Positions 9,720 through 19,691 of a DNA stretch of 64,000 nt are shown piece after piece (positions within the stretch are counted from its first letter, which is position 1; each line of letters starts with the position of its first letter). Source of the DNA: Planctomycetota bacterium (GTDB taxonomy: Bacteria; Planctomycetota; UBA1135; UBA2386); NCBI GenBank assembly GCA_965223545.1, contig OZ245006.1, forward strand, positions 6,400,001 to 6,464,000. The letters are read 5' to 3'. A program made the position numbers and the translations under genes. A model generated the notes under the pieces. That model worked only from the letters and a program-made list of their open reading frames with translations, was not told the DNA's origin and ran no database searches.

Positions 9720-10636
9720 CAGCGTGCCTCCGCGGTGGCGACTTCGGCCGGCTCCAACGCGGACAGCGCGGCGCGCAGCGCGGCGTGGTGCGGTGCTACG
9801 AGTGGACGCAGCGGCGGCCGCAGTGTGTTTGATGCCAGGTCGAGCATCGCCATCGCCGCCTTGACCGGAATCGGGTTGACCTCCAGCGCCTGGGCGCGGA
9901 TCAGCGGCAGCAGGCTCTGGTGCAGGCCGCGAGCCGCCGCGCTGTCGCCGGCGCGGGCGTGGGCGACCAGCCGGACCAGCGCGTGGGGTGCCACGTTGCC
10001 GACGACCGAGATGGTCCCGCCGGCGCCGAGCAAGAGCATGGCCAGCGCCCAGGCGTCTTCACCGGACCACACCTCGAGGGCCGGTGGCCGCTGCGCCAAC
10101 AGGTCGACGGCGTCGTGGAAGGAGCGGGGCGCCGTCTTGATGGCGACGATGTTGGGGTGCTCCGCGAGGGTGAGCGTCGCGTCGAGTCCGAGAGCGCAGC
10201 TCGTGCGGGCGGGGACGTCGTACAGCGCGATCGGGATCGGTGAAGCGTCCGCGATCGCGGTGAAGTGCGCGATCAGCGCGTCCTGTGGTGGCCGGTTGTA
10301 CGGCGGCACCACCGTCAGCGCGGCGTCGGCCCCGCATCGCCCCGCGCGCCGTGCGTCGGCGATCGCCGCGCGCGTGTCGTTGCCGCCGCCGCCGGCGATC
10401 ACGGCCGCACGGCCGCGGGTCACCTCGACCGCGGTGCGCACCAGGAGCTCGCGCTCGGCAGCGCGCAGCGTGGCGGATTCGCCCGTCGTGCCGGCGACGA
10501 CCAGCAGGTGGACGCCGGCTTCGAGCTGGCGTTCGAGCAGGCGCACGAAGCAGTCGACATCGACCTCGCCGTGCGGGTCGAAGGGAGTCACCAGCGCGGT
10601 GCCGGCGCCGCGCCATTGCAGTCGAGTGTGGGTCAT
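9719..10636 (-). CDS. dapA: 4-hydroxy-tetrahydrodipicolinate synthase
   Basis: ALVTPF, GTTGES, PPYNRP, LYDVP, IVAIK and NPIPVK motifs. ATG overlaps the dapB stop. Confidence 0.93.
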   Translation of the reverse strand: MTHTRLQWRGAGTALVTPFDPHGEVDVDCFVRLLERQLEAGVHLLVVAGTTGESATLRAAERELLVRTAVEVTRGRAAVIAGGGGNDTRAAIADARRAGRCGADAALTVVPPYNRPPQDALIAHFTAIADASPIPIALYDVPARTSCALGLDATLTLAEHPNIVAIKTAPRSFHDAVDLLAQRPPALEVWSGEDAWALAMLLLGAGGTISVVGNVAPHALVRLVAHARAGDSAAARGLHQSLLPLIRAQALEVNPIPVKAAMAMLDLASNTLRPPLRPLVAPHHAALRAALSALEPAEVATAEAR

Positions 10637-11397
10637 GTTCGTTCTCCGGAGTCGGGGCCGTCGCTGTCCAGATCGTCGATGGTGAACCAGCCGACGCGGC
10701 CGATCAGCCACTCGGCGGCGCGCACCGCGCCGTGTGCCAGGCTCTCTCGGTCGCGCAGGGTGTGGCAGAGCTCGAGGGTGTCGTGGCCGCAGTCGACGAC
10801 CACGCGGTGCTGGCCGGGGTGGGCGCCGCCGCGGACGGAGACCACCATCAGGTCGTCGTCGCGAAGGGGAGCCTCGCCGAGCGTCGTGCGCAGCCGCTGC
10901 TTGCCCGGCAATGCGCGCAGCAGAGTCTCGCCGAGCAGCAACGCCGTCCCGCTGGGCACGTCGCGCTTGCCGCGGTGATGCGTTTCTTCGATCCAAACGT
11001 CGCTGTGCGGGTCGTCGCCGACCAGCGTGGCGAGGGCGTGTGCCAGTCTGCGCAGCCGAGCCGCGCCGAGCGAGAGGTTGGCGGCCTCGAGCACCCCGAT
11101 CTCCGCGCGCCCTGCGTCGCGCCGCAGGGCGTCGCGCCGCTCGGGCGTCGCCCAGCCGGTCGTGCCGATGAGCAGGGGCCGCCGCGCCTCGGCGGCGATG
11201 CGCAAGTGCTCTTCGACTGCGGCGCCGGCGGAGAAGTCGAGCAACACGTCGACGTCGCCGGGTTCGACGCGGTCGTCGCGCCCCGCGCTCCAGGCGATCG
11301 CGTGCCCAGCGCGGGCGACAGCGCGTGCCACGGCGAGGCCCATGCGGCCGCGGCCGAACAGGCCGATGCGCAGCGGTGACGCGGGTGGGGTCAGCAT
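10633..11397 (-). CDS. dapB: 4-hydroxy-tetrahydrodipicolinate reductase
   Basis: GRGRMG, DFS, GTTG and ETHHRGKRDVPSGTA motifs. Confidence 0.92.
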   Translation of the reverse strand: MLTPPASPLRIGLFGRGRMGLAVARAVARAGHAIAWSAGRDDRVEPGDVDVLLDFSAGAAVEEHLRIAAEARRPLLIGTTGWATPERRDALRRDAGRAEIGVLEAANLSLGAARLRRLAHALATLVGDDPHSDVWIEETHHRGKRDVPSGTALLLGETLLRALPGKQRLRTTLGEAPLRDDDLMVVSVRGGAHPGQHRVVVDCGHDTLELCHTLRDRESLAHGAVRAAEWLIGRVGWFTIDDLDSDGPDSGERT

Positions 11398-12773
11398 GAG
11401 ACGGGCTCCAGGAAGCGTGCGTGCAAGCGGCGGACGGCATCGTCGGCGTGCGCCGCCGGCATCGCGCAGGTCAGGTTGAGGTCGGTGGAGTCGAGGCAGA
11501 CCAGGTCGAGCGGGATGTCCTCGAGGGCGGCGAGGGCAGTGCCGATCGCGGTGGGCGACTGCAGCAAGCGGTGTGCGATCAGGCAGACCAGCGCGCGGTC
11601 GCGGCGGACGTGGACGTCGCCGAGGTGTCCCAGCGCCGCGGTGAGCTGGGGCAGCGCGTCCGTGTCTTCGACGCTGATCGAGATCGCGACTTCGGCGGTG
11701 GTGACCACGTCGACCGACACTTCGAGCTCGGCGAAGACGGCGAACACGCGCGCGATGAAGCCGGGAGCGCCGAGCATCCGCGTCGAGCGGACGCAGACGA
11801 GGTGGACGCCGCGCTTGGCCACCACCGCGATGGGGCGGGGCTCGCCGCTCGGGTGGTCGCGGTCGTCCGCCGGTCCGCGTGCGTCGATCGTCGTGCCCGG
11901 GTGCGCCGGCGCGTGCGTGTTGCGCACGCGGACGGCGACTCCGCGCGCGACCGCGGGCTGTATCGACGCCGGGTGCAGCACCCGGGCGCCGAAGGTGGCC
12001 AGCTCGGCCGCCACCGCGAACGAGACGTGATCGAGCGAGCGGGCGCCGTCGATCAGCCGAGGATCGGCGGTCATCATGCCGTTGACGTCGGTCCAGATCT
12101 GCACTTCGTCGGCATCCAGCGCGGCGCCGAGCAGGGTCGCGGTCAGGTCGCTGCCGCCGCGGCCGAGCGTCACCGTGCGGCCGCCGCGGCTGCGACCGAC
12201 GTAGCCGCCGGTCACCGGCACGATGCCCGTGCACAGCAGGGGGCGCAGCAGCGTCGCGCAGCGCGCGCGCAGCGTGTCGGTGTCGACCCGACCGCTGCCG
12301 AACCGCTGGTCGGTCGGCACCAGCTCGCGCGGGTCGACCGGTTCGGCAGCGACTCCTCTGGCGCGCAATGCCAGGGCGAACAGCCGGTGGGACACCAGTT
12401 CGCCCAGGCTCGCGATGGCGTCGCGCGTGCCTGGCGAACACTCGCCGACCAAGGCCGCGCCGGCGGCCAGGTCGCGCAGGGTGGTGGCGGCTTCGTCGAT
12501 CCAGGCGAGGGCTTGCCGGCGGGCGTCGGCGGACAGCGCCAGCGGACGCGCCGTGGTCCGCCAGTGGTCGAGGACGTCCATCGCGTAGCGCTGGGCGGCG
12601 GTTGGCGCCTCGGCGCAAGCGTCGGCGATTCGCAGGAGAAGGTCGGTGACCCGCGCCTGGGCCGAGACGACGACGACCAATCCCTCTGCCGTGTGGGCCG
12701 CAGCGATCGCGGTGGCACGATCGATTGCTGTGGCGTCGGCGACGGAGGTACCACCGAACTTGAGAATGCGCAT
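11391..12773 (-). CDS. lysC: Aspartate kinase
   Basis: [20 protein letters not shown] and GARVLHP motifs, plus C-terminal ACT domains. Confidence 0.95.
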   Translation of the reverse strand: MRILKFGGTSVADATAIDRATAIAAAHTAEGLVVVVSAQARVTDLLLRIADACAEAPTAAQRYAMDVLDHWRTTARPLALSADARRQALAWIDEAATTLRDLAAGAALVGECSPGTRDAIASLGELVSHRLFALALRARGVAAEPVDPRELVPTDQRFGSGRVDTDTLRARCATLLRPLLCTGIVPVTGGYVGRSRGGRTVTLGRGGSDLTATLLGAALDADEVQIWTDVNGMMTADPRLIDGARSLDHVSFAVAAELATFGARVLHPASIQPAVARGVAVRVRNTHAPAHPGTTIDARGPADDRDHPSGEPRPIAVVAKRGVHLVCVRSTRMLGAPGFIARVFAVFAELEVSVDVVTTAEVAISISVEDTDALPQLTAALGHLGDVHVRRDRALVCLIAHRLLQSPTAIGTALAALEDIPLDLVCLDSTDLNLTCAMPAAHADDAVRRLHARFLEPVSC

Positions 12774-12937
12774 CACGAGGTGCTCCAGGTCGACATGGGG
12801 GTAACGAAGATCACGCGCGCGGGCCAAGGCCCCAGCGGTTGGGGGCCAAAGACCCTGGCGGCGACGGCGGACGGCCGACCTGTCGTCCCCGTCAACCGGG
12901 GCAGGTCAGTCGCGGCGCGGCTGGTGCGCGACCGCCG

Positions 12938-13060
12938 TCAGGCGACCGGTTTCGTCGCGCCTGCGTTTGCCCGCGGACGGGCGGCAGGTTTCACGCGGCG
13001 GGCTTCGCGGTGGCAGGCCACGGGAAGGCGCGTGATCGAGGCGACGTGGTGATGGACCAT
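12938..13060 (-). promoter_or_regulatory. Candidate 40-aa leader ORF upstream of lysC
   Basis: ATG-started ORF with two AAA Lys codons, followed by GC-rich hairpins before lysC. Confidence 0.3.
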
Positions 13061-13120
13061 GATGGTTGCGCGCACGGTAGCCGTGTTAGCGTGGCGATAC
13101 AAGCGCCGAGCATCGCGGTG

Positions 13121-14107
13121 ATGAGTGCAACAACGAACGACTTTCCCGTGCGCGTCGTACTGCGCGGTTTCGCGCTGGCGACCGTTGTCCTGATCGGCTG
13201 CGGAGCGCCGCCGCCAAACCCGCGCGCCAGCGACGCCGGCGCGAACGGCGTCGAGCTCGTCGTCCTCGGCGTCGCGCAGGACGGCGGAGTACCCCACCTG
13301 GGGTGTGAGCGCGTCTGCTGTGCGGCCGCGCGACTTCGCGGTGAGCACCTCTACCCGGCGTCGCTGGGGTTGCGCGCGGCCGATGGCCGCCTGCTCTTGG
13401 TCGAGGCGACTCCCGCGATCGATGCCCAGGTCGCGTTGCTGCACCGGACCTTCGGGGTCAGCGGGCGCGGGCGGCGACCCGTCGACGCCATTCTGCTGAC
13501 CCACGCGCACATCGGCCACTACCTCGGCCTGGCCCAGCTCGGCCGCGAGGTCGCGGGTGCGCCCGGCGTCGAGGTCTGGGTCAGCCCGCGGTTCGCCCGC
13601 TTCCTGCGCGAGAACGGTCCGTGGAGCCAGCTCGTGCAGCTCGGCCAGATCGTGCTGCGCGAGTTCGCGCCCGGTGCGCGCTTCTCACCGTTGCCCGGCA
13701 TCGAGGTGACCGCCCTGCCGGTGCCGCACCGGGACGAGTATTCCGACACGATGGCCTACGTGCTGCACGGTCCGCGGCGCAGCGCGCTGTTCGTGCCGGA
13801 CATCGACCGCTGGGAGAATGCGTCGAGTGTGTTTCGCGCCGCCCTCCAGGCGGCCGACGTCGCGTTTCTCGATGGCACGTTCTTCGACGGCAGTGAGCTC
13901 CCCGGCCGCGACCTGGACGAGATCCCGCACCCGCCGATGGTCCGCACGATGGAGTGGTTGGCCGACCGCGCGGCCGCGGCGCCGGGTGCGCTGCGGTTTC
14001 TGCACTTCAACCACACCAATCCCGTGCTGCGCGATGCGCAGGCGGCGAGTGCAGTGCGAGCGCTCGGGTTCGCGCTGGCGCAGCGCGGCGACACGGTGAC
14101 CTTGTGA
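13121..14107 (+). CDS. MBL-fold metallohydrolase, PqqB-like, probable lipoprotein
   Basis: LGVAQDGGVPH, THAHIGHY, VPHRDEY and HFNHTNP motifs. Lipobox-like LIGC. Confidence 0.85.
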   Translation: MSATTNDFPVRVVLRGFALATVVLIGCGAPPPNPRASDAGANGVELVVLGVAQDGGVPHLGCERVCCAAARLRGEHLYPASLGLRAADGRLLLVEATPAIDAQVALLHRTFGVSGRGRRPVDAILLTHAHIGHYLGLAQLGREVAGAPGVEVWVSPRFARFLRENGPWSQLVQLGQIVLREFAPGARFSPLPGIEVTALPVPHRDEYSDTMAYVLHGPRRSALFVPDIDRWENASSVFRAALQAADVAFLDGTFFDGSELPGRDLDEIPHPPMVRTMEWLADRAAAAPGALRFLHFNHTNPVLRDAQAASAVRALGFALAQRGDTVTL

Positions 14108-14136
14108 AGCGGAGCGCGTGGTCCGGCTGCCCGCCG

Positions 14137-16092
14137 TCATGGCGCCGCTGACGCGGCCTCGGAGGTGCGGGTCTCCAGCAGCGGCGGCAGCGGGCAATCC
14201 ACGCTGTCGGCGATGGCGCGCAGCAGCTCCGCCTCACGCGGCTGCACGACGCCGTCGTGGCAGGCGGTCTCGGCGCAGGCGCGCAGCACCGCGCGCTTGC
14301 ACCCGGGTGTCGACTGTGCCAGCCGGTCGAGCGCCCGATCCACCGGCGCCAGCCCGGCAGCGCTGCGGTCGAGCAAGGGGCGCGGGTAGCCATCGGTCGG
14401 CAGGGTCACCATCCCCGCCCGAAACGCCGCTTCGACTTCGGCCAGGTCCGGATGGCCGACCCGCGCCAGACAGCTGAGCACGACCTGACAGTCCGGCAGC
14501 AGGGCCTGGATCCGGTGGAAGCGCACGCCGCGGTCGGCGGGACCGTCGAAGTGGGTCGCGAGGTGGCGCAGCAACACCTTGTGCAGCGTGAACTCCCACA
14601 AGTCGATGCGCCCGTCGGCGTCGATCAGCCCGCGCACCGAGCGCCGGAACTGGCCGTACTGCTGGTACGACATGTCGCGCAGGGCGGGCAGGCAGAGGTC
14701 GATCAGGATCAGGTGGAGGCCTCGGTCCAGTCCCGCGGCGGTCGGTCGGAGCTCGGCGGTGCGGTGCACGGTCTCCTCGTCGGTGCGGTAGCCGAGTAGC
14801 TCGAGCTGCGCCTCGCGGACGCGGCGCTCCCCGCTGAGCAACAGGGACAGCACCAACGCGCGGGCGGCGAACGGCTCGTGCAGCGCGCTGCTGATCTCGA
14901 GCGGCAGCTGCCGCAGGAGCCGGTCGGTCAACTCGAGGTGCGCGTCGGTGGGGTGACCCACCGACTCGATCAGGCGTGATGGCAGCCGTTCGCTGGCCTC
15001 CGGCGTCGCCGCTGCCGCGGCGCTGGCGCCGGCGAAGCCCGCGGTCCGCGGCGACTGCACGTCGTGCACTCTCGAATGGGATGCGACGTCCGGCAGGGCC
15101 GCGCCGCGTTCGATGCGCTGGATGCGCTCGGGCAGCGGTGGGTGGGTCGCGAACCAGCCGGCGAACGCCGAGGAGACCGCGCTGCTGAAGAACATGTGGC
15201 TGGCGGCCTCGGCCTGCGCGTTGTGCATGCGCGACCCAGCGCCGATGCCGCCGATCTTGCGCAGCGCGCCCGCGATGCCGGCCGGGTTGCGCGTGAACTG
15301 CACCGCGGATGCGTCCGCCAGGAACTCTCGCTGCCGGGAGACCGCGGACTGGATCAAGCGGGCGAAGAACACGCCGATGTAGCCCACCGCGACCAACCCG
15401 GCTCCGAGTGCGAGCACGGCGATGGTGCCGCCGCCGCGGTCGCTGCGCCGGCGCCCGACGCCGTGATAGGCGCCCGACCGCAGCAGCATGTAGCCCGCGA
15501 GGGCGACGCACAGAATGCCGTGCAGCACGCCCATCAGCCGGATGTTGAGCCGCATGTCGCCGTTGAGGATGTGGCTGAACTCGTGCGCGACGACGCCCTG
15601 CAGCTCGTCGCGGTTCAGCTCTGCCAGGGTGCCGCGGGTGACCGCGACGACGGCATCACCCGGTGCGTAGCCCGCGGCAAACGCGTTGATCGCCGGCTCC
15701 TCATCCATGATGTAGATGCCGGGCACCGGCACGCCCGAGGCGACCGAGATCTCCTCGACGACGTTGATCAGCGTTCGCTCTTGTTGGTCACGGGTGTTGG
15801 GCTGTACCGGGCGCGCACCCATCAGCCGGGCCACGACTTGGCCGCCCGCGCGCAGCTGCAGCAGCCGGTAGCCGGTGCCACAGCCGACCACCAGGAGGGT
15901 GCCGCCGGCGACCGCGGCCAGCAGCTGCGGATTCCACCAGCCCCGCGCCCCGGCGCTCGCCGGCGAGAATTCGAACACGCCGATGGCGATCGCGTAGATC
16001 GCGGCGACCATGCACACCACCGCCAACACGAACAGGGCGACCAGGGTCTTGCTGTTGCGCAACGCCCGGTCCTGGTGGCTGAAGAAGTCCAT
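14137..16092 (-). CDS. M48 (HtpX-like) membrane zinc metalloprotease with C-terminal extension
   Basis: INAFAAG, HEFSH, SRQREFLAD and THPPL motifs, with TM helices. Confidence 0.9.
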   Translation of the reverse strand: MDFFSHQDRALRNSKTLVALFVLAVVCMVAAIYAIAIGVFEFSPASAGARGWWNPQLLAAVAGGTLLVVGCGTGYRLLQLRAGGQVVARLMGARPVQPNTRDQQERTLINVVEEISVASGVPVPGIYIMDEEPAINAFAAGYAPGDAVVAVTRGTLAELNRDELQGVVAHEFSHILNGDMRLNIRLMGVLHGILCVALAGYMLLRSGAYHGVGRRRSDRGGGTIAVLALGAGLVAVGYIGVFFARLIQSAVSRQREFLADASAVQFTRNPAGIAGALRKIGGIGAGSRMHNAQAEAASHMFFSSAVSSAFAGWFATHPPLPERIQRIERGAALPDVASHSRVHDVQSPRTAGFAGASAAAAATPEASERLPSRLIESVGHPTDAHLELTDRLLRQLPLEISSALHEPFAARALVLSLLLSGERRVREAQLELLGYRTDEETVHRTAELRPTAAGLDRGLHLILIDLCLPALRDMSYQQYGQFRRSVRGLIDADGRIDLWEFTLHKVLLRHLATHFDGPADRGVRFHRIQALLPDCQVVLSCLARVGHPDLAEVEAAFRAGMVTLPTDGYPRPLLDRSAAGLAPVDRALDRLAQSTPGCKRAVLRACAETACHDGVVQPREAELLRAIADSVDCPLPPLLETRTSEAASAAP

Positions 16093-16100
16093 GTCGGTCG

Positions 16101-16694
16101 CTACTCCGCCTTCTCTAACTCGTACAGCACCGCGCTGGCGCGATGCGTCAAGAACAGGCCGCCGCCGCAGTTGGTGAAGTGGGGGGCGAGCGCGCGCCGG
16201 TACCAGGCCACGGGGCGCAGGAACACGTCGCCATCGGTGACTTCGCGGTCGCAGTTCTGCTGCCAGTCCTCGCGGGTCAGTGCCTCGAGGTACACCGCCC
16301 CGTGGCTGAGGCGGGTGAGGTTGCGGATCGCGCGCCGCGCATCGCGGGCGCCCAAGTACTGGAGGACGCCGTGGCAGACGACCAAGTCGAAGCTGGATTT
16401 CGGATCCCAGTCGACCACCGAGCCCTGCTGCCATCCGTAGCGCTCGCACAGATAGTCGCTGACCTCGACTCCGGTGTAGCGCACACCGCGCCGGTGCTTG
16501 CGCAGGGCGGTGCGCCAGAGGCCGAGGCCGCAGCCGACATCCGCCACCGTGCGCAGCGGCAAGTCCAAGTGGCGCATGTAGGCCACAACGAAGCCGACCA
16601 ACCGATCGGTTTCGGGGCCGGAGGTCACCCGGCGGTTCCGGTCTCGATAGAACCGATCGTAGTAGGCGCTGTCGAAGGAGAACGAGCGAGTCAT
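16101..16694 (-). CDS. Class I SAM-dependent methyltransferase
   Basis: VADVGCGLG and FDLVVCHGVLQY motifs. Confidence 0.85.
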   Translation of the reverse strand: MTRSFSFDSAYYDRFYRDRNRRVTSGPETDRLVGFVVAYMRHLDLPLRTVADVGCGLGLWRTALRKHRRGVRYTGVEVSDYLCERYGWQQGSVVDWDPKSSFDLVVCHGVLQYLGARDARRAIRNLTRLSHGAVYLEALTREDWQQNCDREVTDGDVFLRPVAWYRRALAPHFTNCGGGLFLTHRASAVLYELEKAE

Positions 16695-16813
16695 CGCAGT
16701 GGCTCGGCGGCTGCCGGCCAATTCCACCTGAGCCGAGACGCGGTACCAAGGCCGCAGTCGCTCAGCGCTGCGCCGTGTTTCGCATCGAGCGCCGGTCGTG
16801 GCACACTACAGCC

Positions 16814-17914
16814 ATGTCGAGCCCCGCGCCGCGGCGTGATCGAGCCCGGACGGGGGTCGACCGCCTGACATCCAACGCCGTGCGCCGGGGGATGGCGGCG
16901 CTGGTTCGCTGCGCGGTGGACGGAACGGTGCGCGTGCTGGCGGTCGGAACCCTGCTGCAGATCACCGTCGAGATCGTCGGCGACACCGCTCCTGTGCGCG
17001 GTTGGATCGGGCTCGGAGTGCTGCCAGCGGTGCTCGAACGCGCGCTGTTGGCGGGCTTCGCCGCCGGCGTGTGCGGCTGGCGTTGGCTGCCCGGTGCGGC
17101 GCGCGCCGCGGTACGGGCTGCGGGCGCGGTGCTGGCCGCGGTGTGCGCGAGCCAAGCGGCGCAGTTCTGGTGGTGGTGTGCCGCCGGGCACCTCGCCAGC
17201 GGTTTCCCGATCCCGGCCGGGGCCTGGTGCGCGCTCGCGCTGGGTTGCTGGGCATGGCGCCCGTGGGGCGGCACGCAGCCCGCCAGGGGCGGGGTCTGGG
17301 TGGTGGTCCGCCTCGGCCGCGACGCGGTCATCGCCGCCGCGGGTCTGGCTGCCTTCGCCATCGGATTCGGCAGCACGGACTACGCGCGGCCGGCGGACGC
17401 GATCGTCGTTTTTGGCGCGGGGGTCAAGGGCGACGGCACTCCCTCGCCGTCGCTGCGCGAACGGGTGGAACGCGCCTGTGCCCTGTATCGCGACGGCCTC
17501 GCGCCGGTGATTCTGTGCTCAGGCGGCGTCAGCCAGCAGGTGCCGGTCAGCGAGGCGGAATCGATGCAGCGGCACGCGCAGACGCGCGGCGTGCCGGCCG
17601 CCGCTCTACTCGGCGACGAGACCGGGGTGAACACCCTGGCGACGATGCGCACCGTCGTCCGCCTCGCGCACCAGCGCGGATGGCGATCGGTGCTGCTGGT
17701 CAGCCACTCCTACCACCTGCCGCGGATCAAGCTGTTCAGCCGGCGATTGTCGATTCGCGCCTATACGGTGCCGTGCGCGACGACGCGGCGATTCGGGATC
17801 TTGGCGCGCGCCTGGCTCCGGGACCTGGGGGCGCTGCTGTTCTACTACTTCTCACCGCACCTGACGGCGGTGCCAGCGGCCACCGATCCCCAGCCGTCGG
17901 CCGTGGGCGGTTGA
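16814..17914 (+). CDS. YdcF/DUF218 (SanA/ElyC-like) membrane protein
   Basis: DAIVVFGA, SGG, SEAESM and VSHSYHLPR motifs after N-terminal TM helices. Confidence 0.85.
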   Translation: MSSPAPRRDRARTGVDRLTSNAVRRGMAALVRCAVDGTVRVLAVGTLLQITVEIVGDTAPVRGWIGLGVLPAVLERALLAGFAAGVCGWRWLPGAARAAVRAAGAVLAAVCASQAAQFWWWCAAGHLASGFPIPAGAWCALALGCWAWRPWGGTQPARGGVWVVVRLGRDAVIAAAGLAAFAIGFGSTDYARPADAIVVFGAGVKGDGTPSPSLRERVERACALYRDGLAPVILCSGGVSQQVPVSEAESMQRHAQTRGVPAAALLGDETGVNTLATMRTVVRLAHQRGWRSVLLVSHSYHLPRIKLFSRRLSIRAYTVPCATTRRFGILARAWLRDLGALLFYYFSPHLTAVPAATDPQPSAVGG

Positions 17915-17919
17915 CGGCC

Positions 17920-19464
17920 TCACCACCACTTGGGGTTGCGGATGATGTAGTCGATGATGCCGAGGAACTTGGGCGCCGTGGCCCAGTCCTGGTCGTGGTA
18001 CTCGAGCGCGCCCCAGCTGCCCCACATCGAGTAGGTGCCGATGGCGGTGTAGTAGCAGAACATCTGCCCGCCGGCCTGCCGCCACTGGTCCAGCGCGTAG
18101 GAGGTCAGCGGGTACATCCACGGGTGGCGGTTGGCAGTGGTGAACAGATTGGTCAGCGCTTGGTTGGTCTGCGCGCCGCCGAACCCGACGAGGTGTTGGC
18201 CGCCTTCGTAGGCGACGAGCTCCAGGCCGCGGGCGCGGGCGATGGAGGCGTTGGCGGTGGCGTTGGTGGTCGACTTGGCGATGTCGTAGTAGCACGCGAC
18301 CAAGACGGCCGGCACCGTCATGCCGAGCACGGTGCCGACGGTCGACGGGTTGCCGAGGTCGATGCCGAAGTACGGCGCCACGGCGAGGACGTCGGCGCTG
18401 CGGTACGCCTGCCGCCAGTCGAGAATCTGTTGGCCCAACCACGGGTTGGCGTTCTGGCCGGCGAGCACTCGGACCATGCGGCTGGCGCCGATGATGGGGG
18501 TGAACTGGTTGAAGATCTCGACCGACCGATCGGCGTAGAACCGCAGGCCGGCTTCCACCGGGTTGGCGGACAGGCCGCGCCACTGCCCCTGCTGTTGGGC
18601 GTAGCCCGCCTGCGTGAAGCCGCCGTTCCACACCTCGTTGGAGTACTCGACCCAGACCCGCAGGCCGGGCGAGAGGCGGTCGCGGAACAGCGTCGCGAGG
18701 TTGCGCACGTAGTCATCGGTGGCCTCGTGCGGAACGCAGATCCACGGCTCCGCGCCGGTCTCGTTGCACAGGTCGATGATGACCTCGTAGGCGACGCCGT
18801 GGGGGGCATCTTGCGTGTAGTGCGTCGGCTTGGTGCGCTCGCTCCAGTCGCGCACCGGCGAGTTGTTGGTCCGCAGGAAGTCCATGAAGCGGATCACGCC
18901 GTACGGCTGCATCATGAACGTGAACGCGGGATGGAAGTCGCTGGTGAGGAACTCGTACTGCTTCTCGAAGACTCGGATGTTGCGCAGGTAGTCGCCGGGA
19001 TTGGTGCGCACCAGCTTCAGGTAGATGCCGTTGTCGCTCGGCGTGACGTCCATCTCGATGCGGCCCGGCGAGCGCCAGACTTCACGTGCGTCGAAACCCA
19101 CCTGTAAATCGCCGTCACCGTCGTAGGTCACGACGTAGCGCCCGCCCGGGTAATGCCCGTCGAGGCCCCGGTACATCAGCGTGCCGGCAGCTTGGTTCCA
19201 CTGCAGGGACTTGACCCAACCATCGCCATCGCGGTCGAGCCAGCTCCCGGTGGACCACTGCGAGGAACTGACTTCTTGCGACCACCACGGCGCCGCTTGG
19301 TCGAAGGCGTTGCGGAACACCCACTGCGACGTGAAGTAGCGCAGTTCGGAGAGATTGGTGCCGATTGGGGAGCGCTGGTTCAGGCGCTGCGCGGGGAGCA
19401 TCGCTGCGCACAGCGCGATGGCCGTGCACAACCCCAGACGTCGACCGTGGCTGGTGTTTGTCAT
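17920..19464 (-). CDS. Secreted putative glycoside hydrolase / cellulose-binding-type protein
   Basis: Signal peptide. IRFMD, WICVPH, VEYSNEVWN and AYEGGQH motifs. Confidence 0.65.
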   Translation of the reverse strand: MTNTSHGRRLGLCTAIALCAAMLPAQRLNQRSPIGTNLSELRYFTSQWVFRNAFDQAAPWWSQEVSSSQWSTGSWLDRDGDGWVKSLQWNQAAGTLMYRGLDGHYPGGRYVVTYDGDGDLQVGFDAREVWRSPGRIEMDVTPSDNGIYLKLVRTNPGDYLRNIRVFEKQYEFLTSDFHPAFTFMMQPYGVIRFMDFLRTNNSPVRDWSERTKPTHYTQDAPHGVAYEVIIDLCNETGAEPWICVPHEATDDYVRNLATLFRDRLSPGLRVWVEYSNEVWNGGFTQAGYAQQQGQWRGLSANPVEAGLRFYADRSVEIFNQFTPIIGASRMVRVLAGQNANPWLGQQILDWRQAYRSADVLAVAPYFGIDLGNPSTVGTVLGMTVPAVLVACYYDIAKSTTNATANASIARARGLELVAYEGGQHLVGFGGAQTNQALTNLFTTANRHPWMYPLTSYALDQWRQAGGQMFCYYTAIGTYSMWGSWGALEYHDQDWATAPKFLGIIDYIIRNPKWW

Positions 19465-19691
19465 GCGTTGAAGATTCGGGAGCGCGGCATGGCCGCAGGT
19501 CGGCGAGACGGGGAGACCATCCGTGGTTGAAGGACTCCGTGCCACTGTTTCTGCGCAATTTCACGCGGCCAAAAATGGGTGGCATTGCCGGTGGCGCAGC
19601 TCGGCTCGCGAGCTTTCGAAAAGCAGATAACGCCGCGGCGCGCGCGTGGTCCGGCGCCGGTTCTCCAGCACGACAGGCTCCTGGCCGCAGC

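Noticed and set aside
12780..13100. Lysine riboswitch upstream of lysC
   Set aside because: I could not find the conserved riboswitch motifs by eye. An Rfam scan is needed to exclude it fully.
13121..14107. PQQ biosynthesis locus
   Set aside because: Only a stand-alone PqqB-like hydrolase with a lipoprotein-like signal is present, with no pqqA/C/D/E adjacent.
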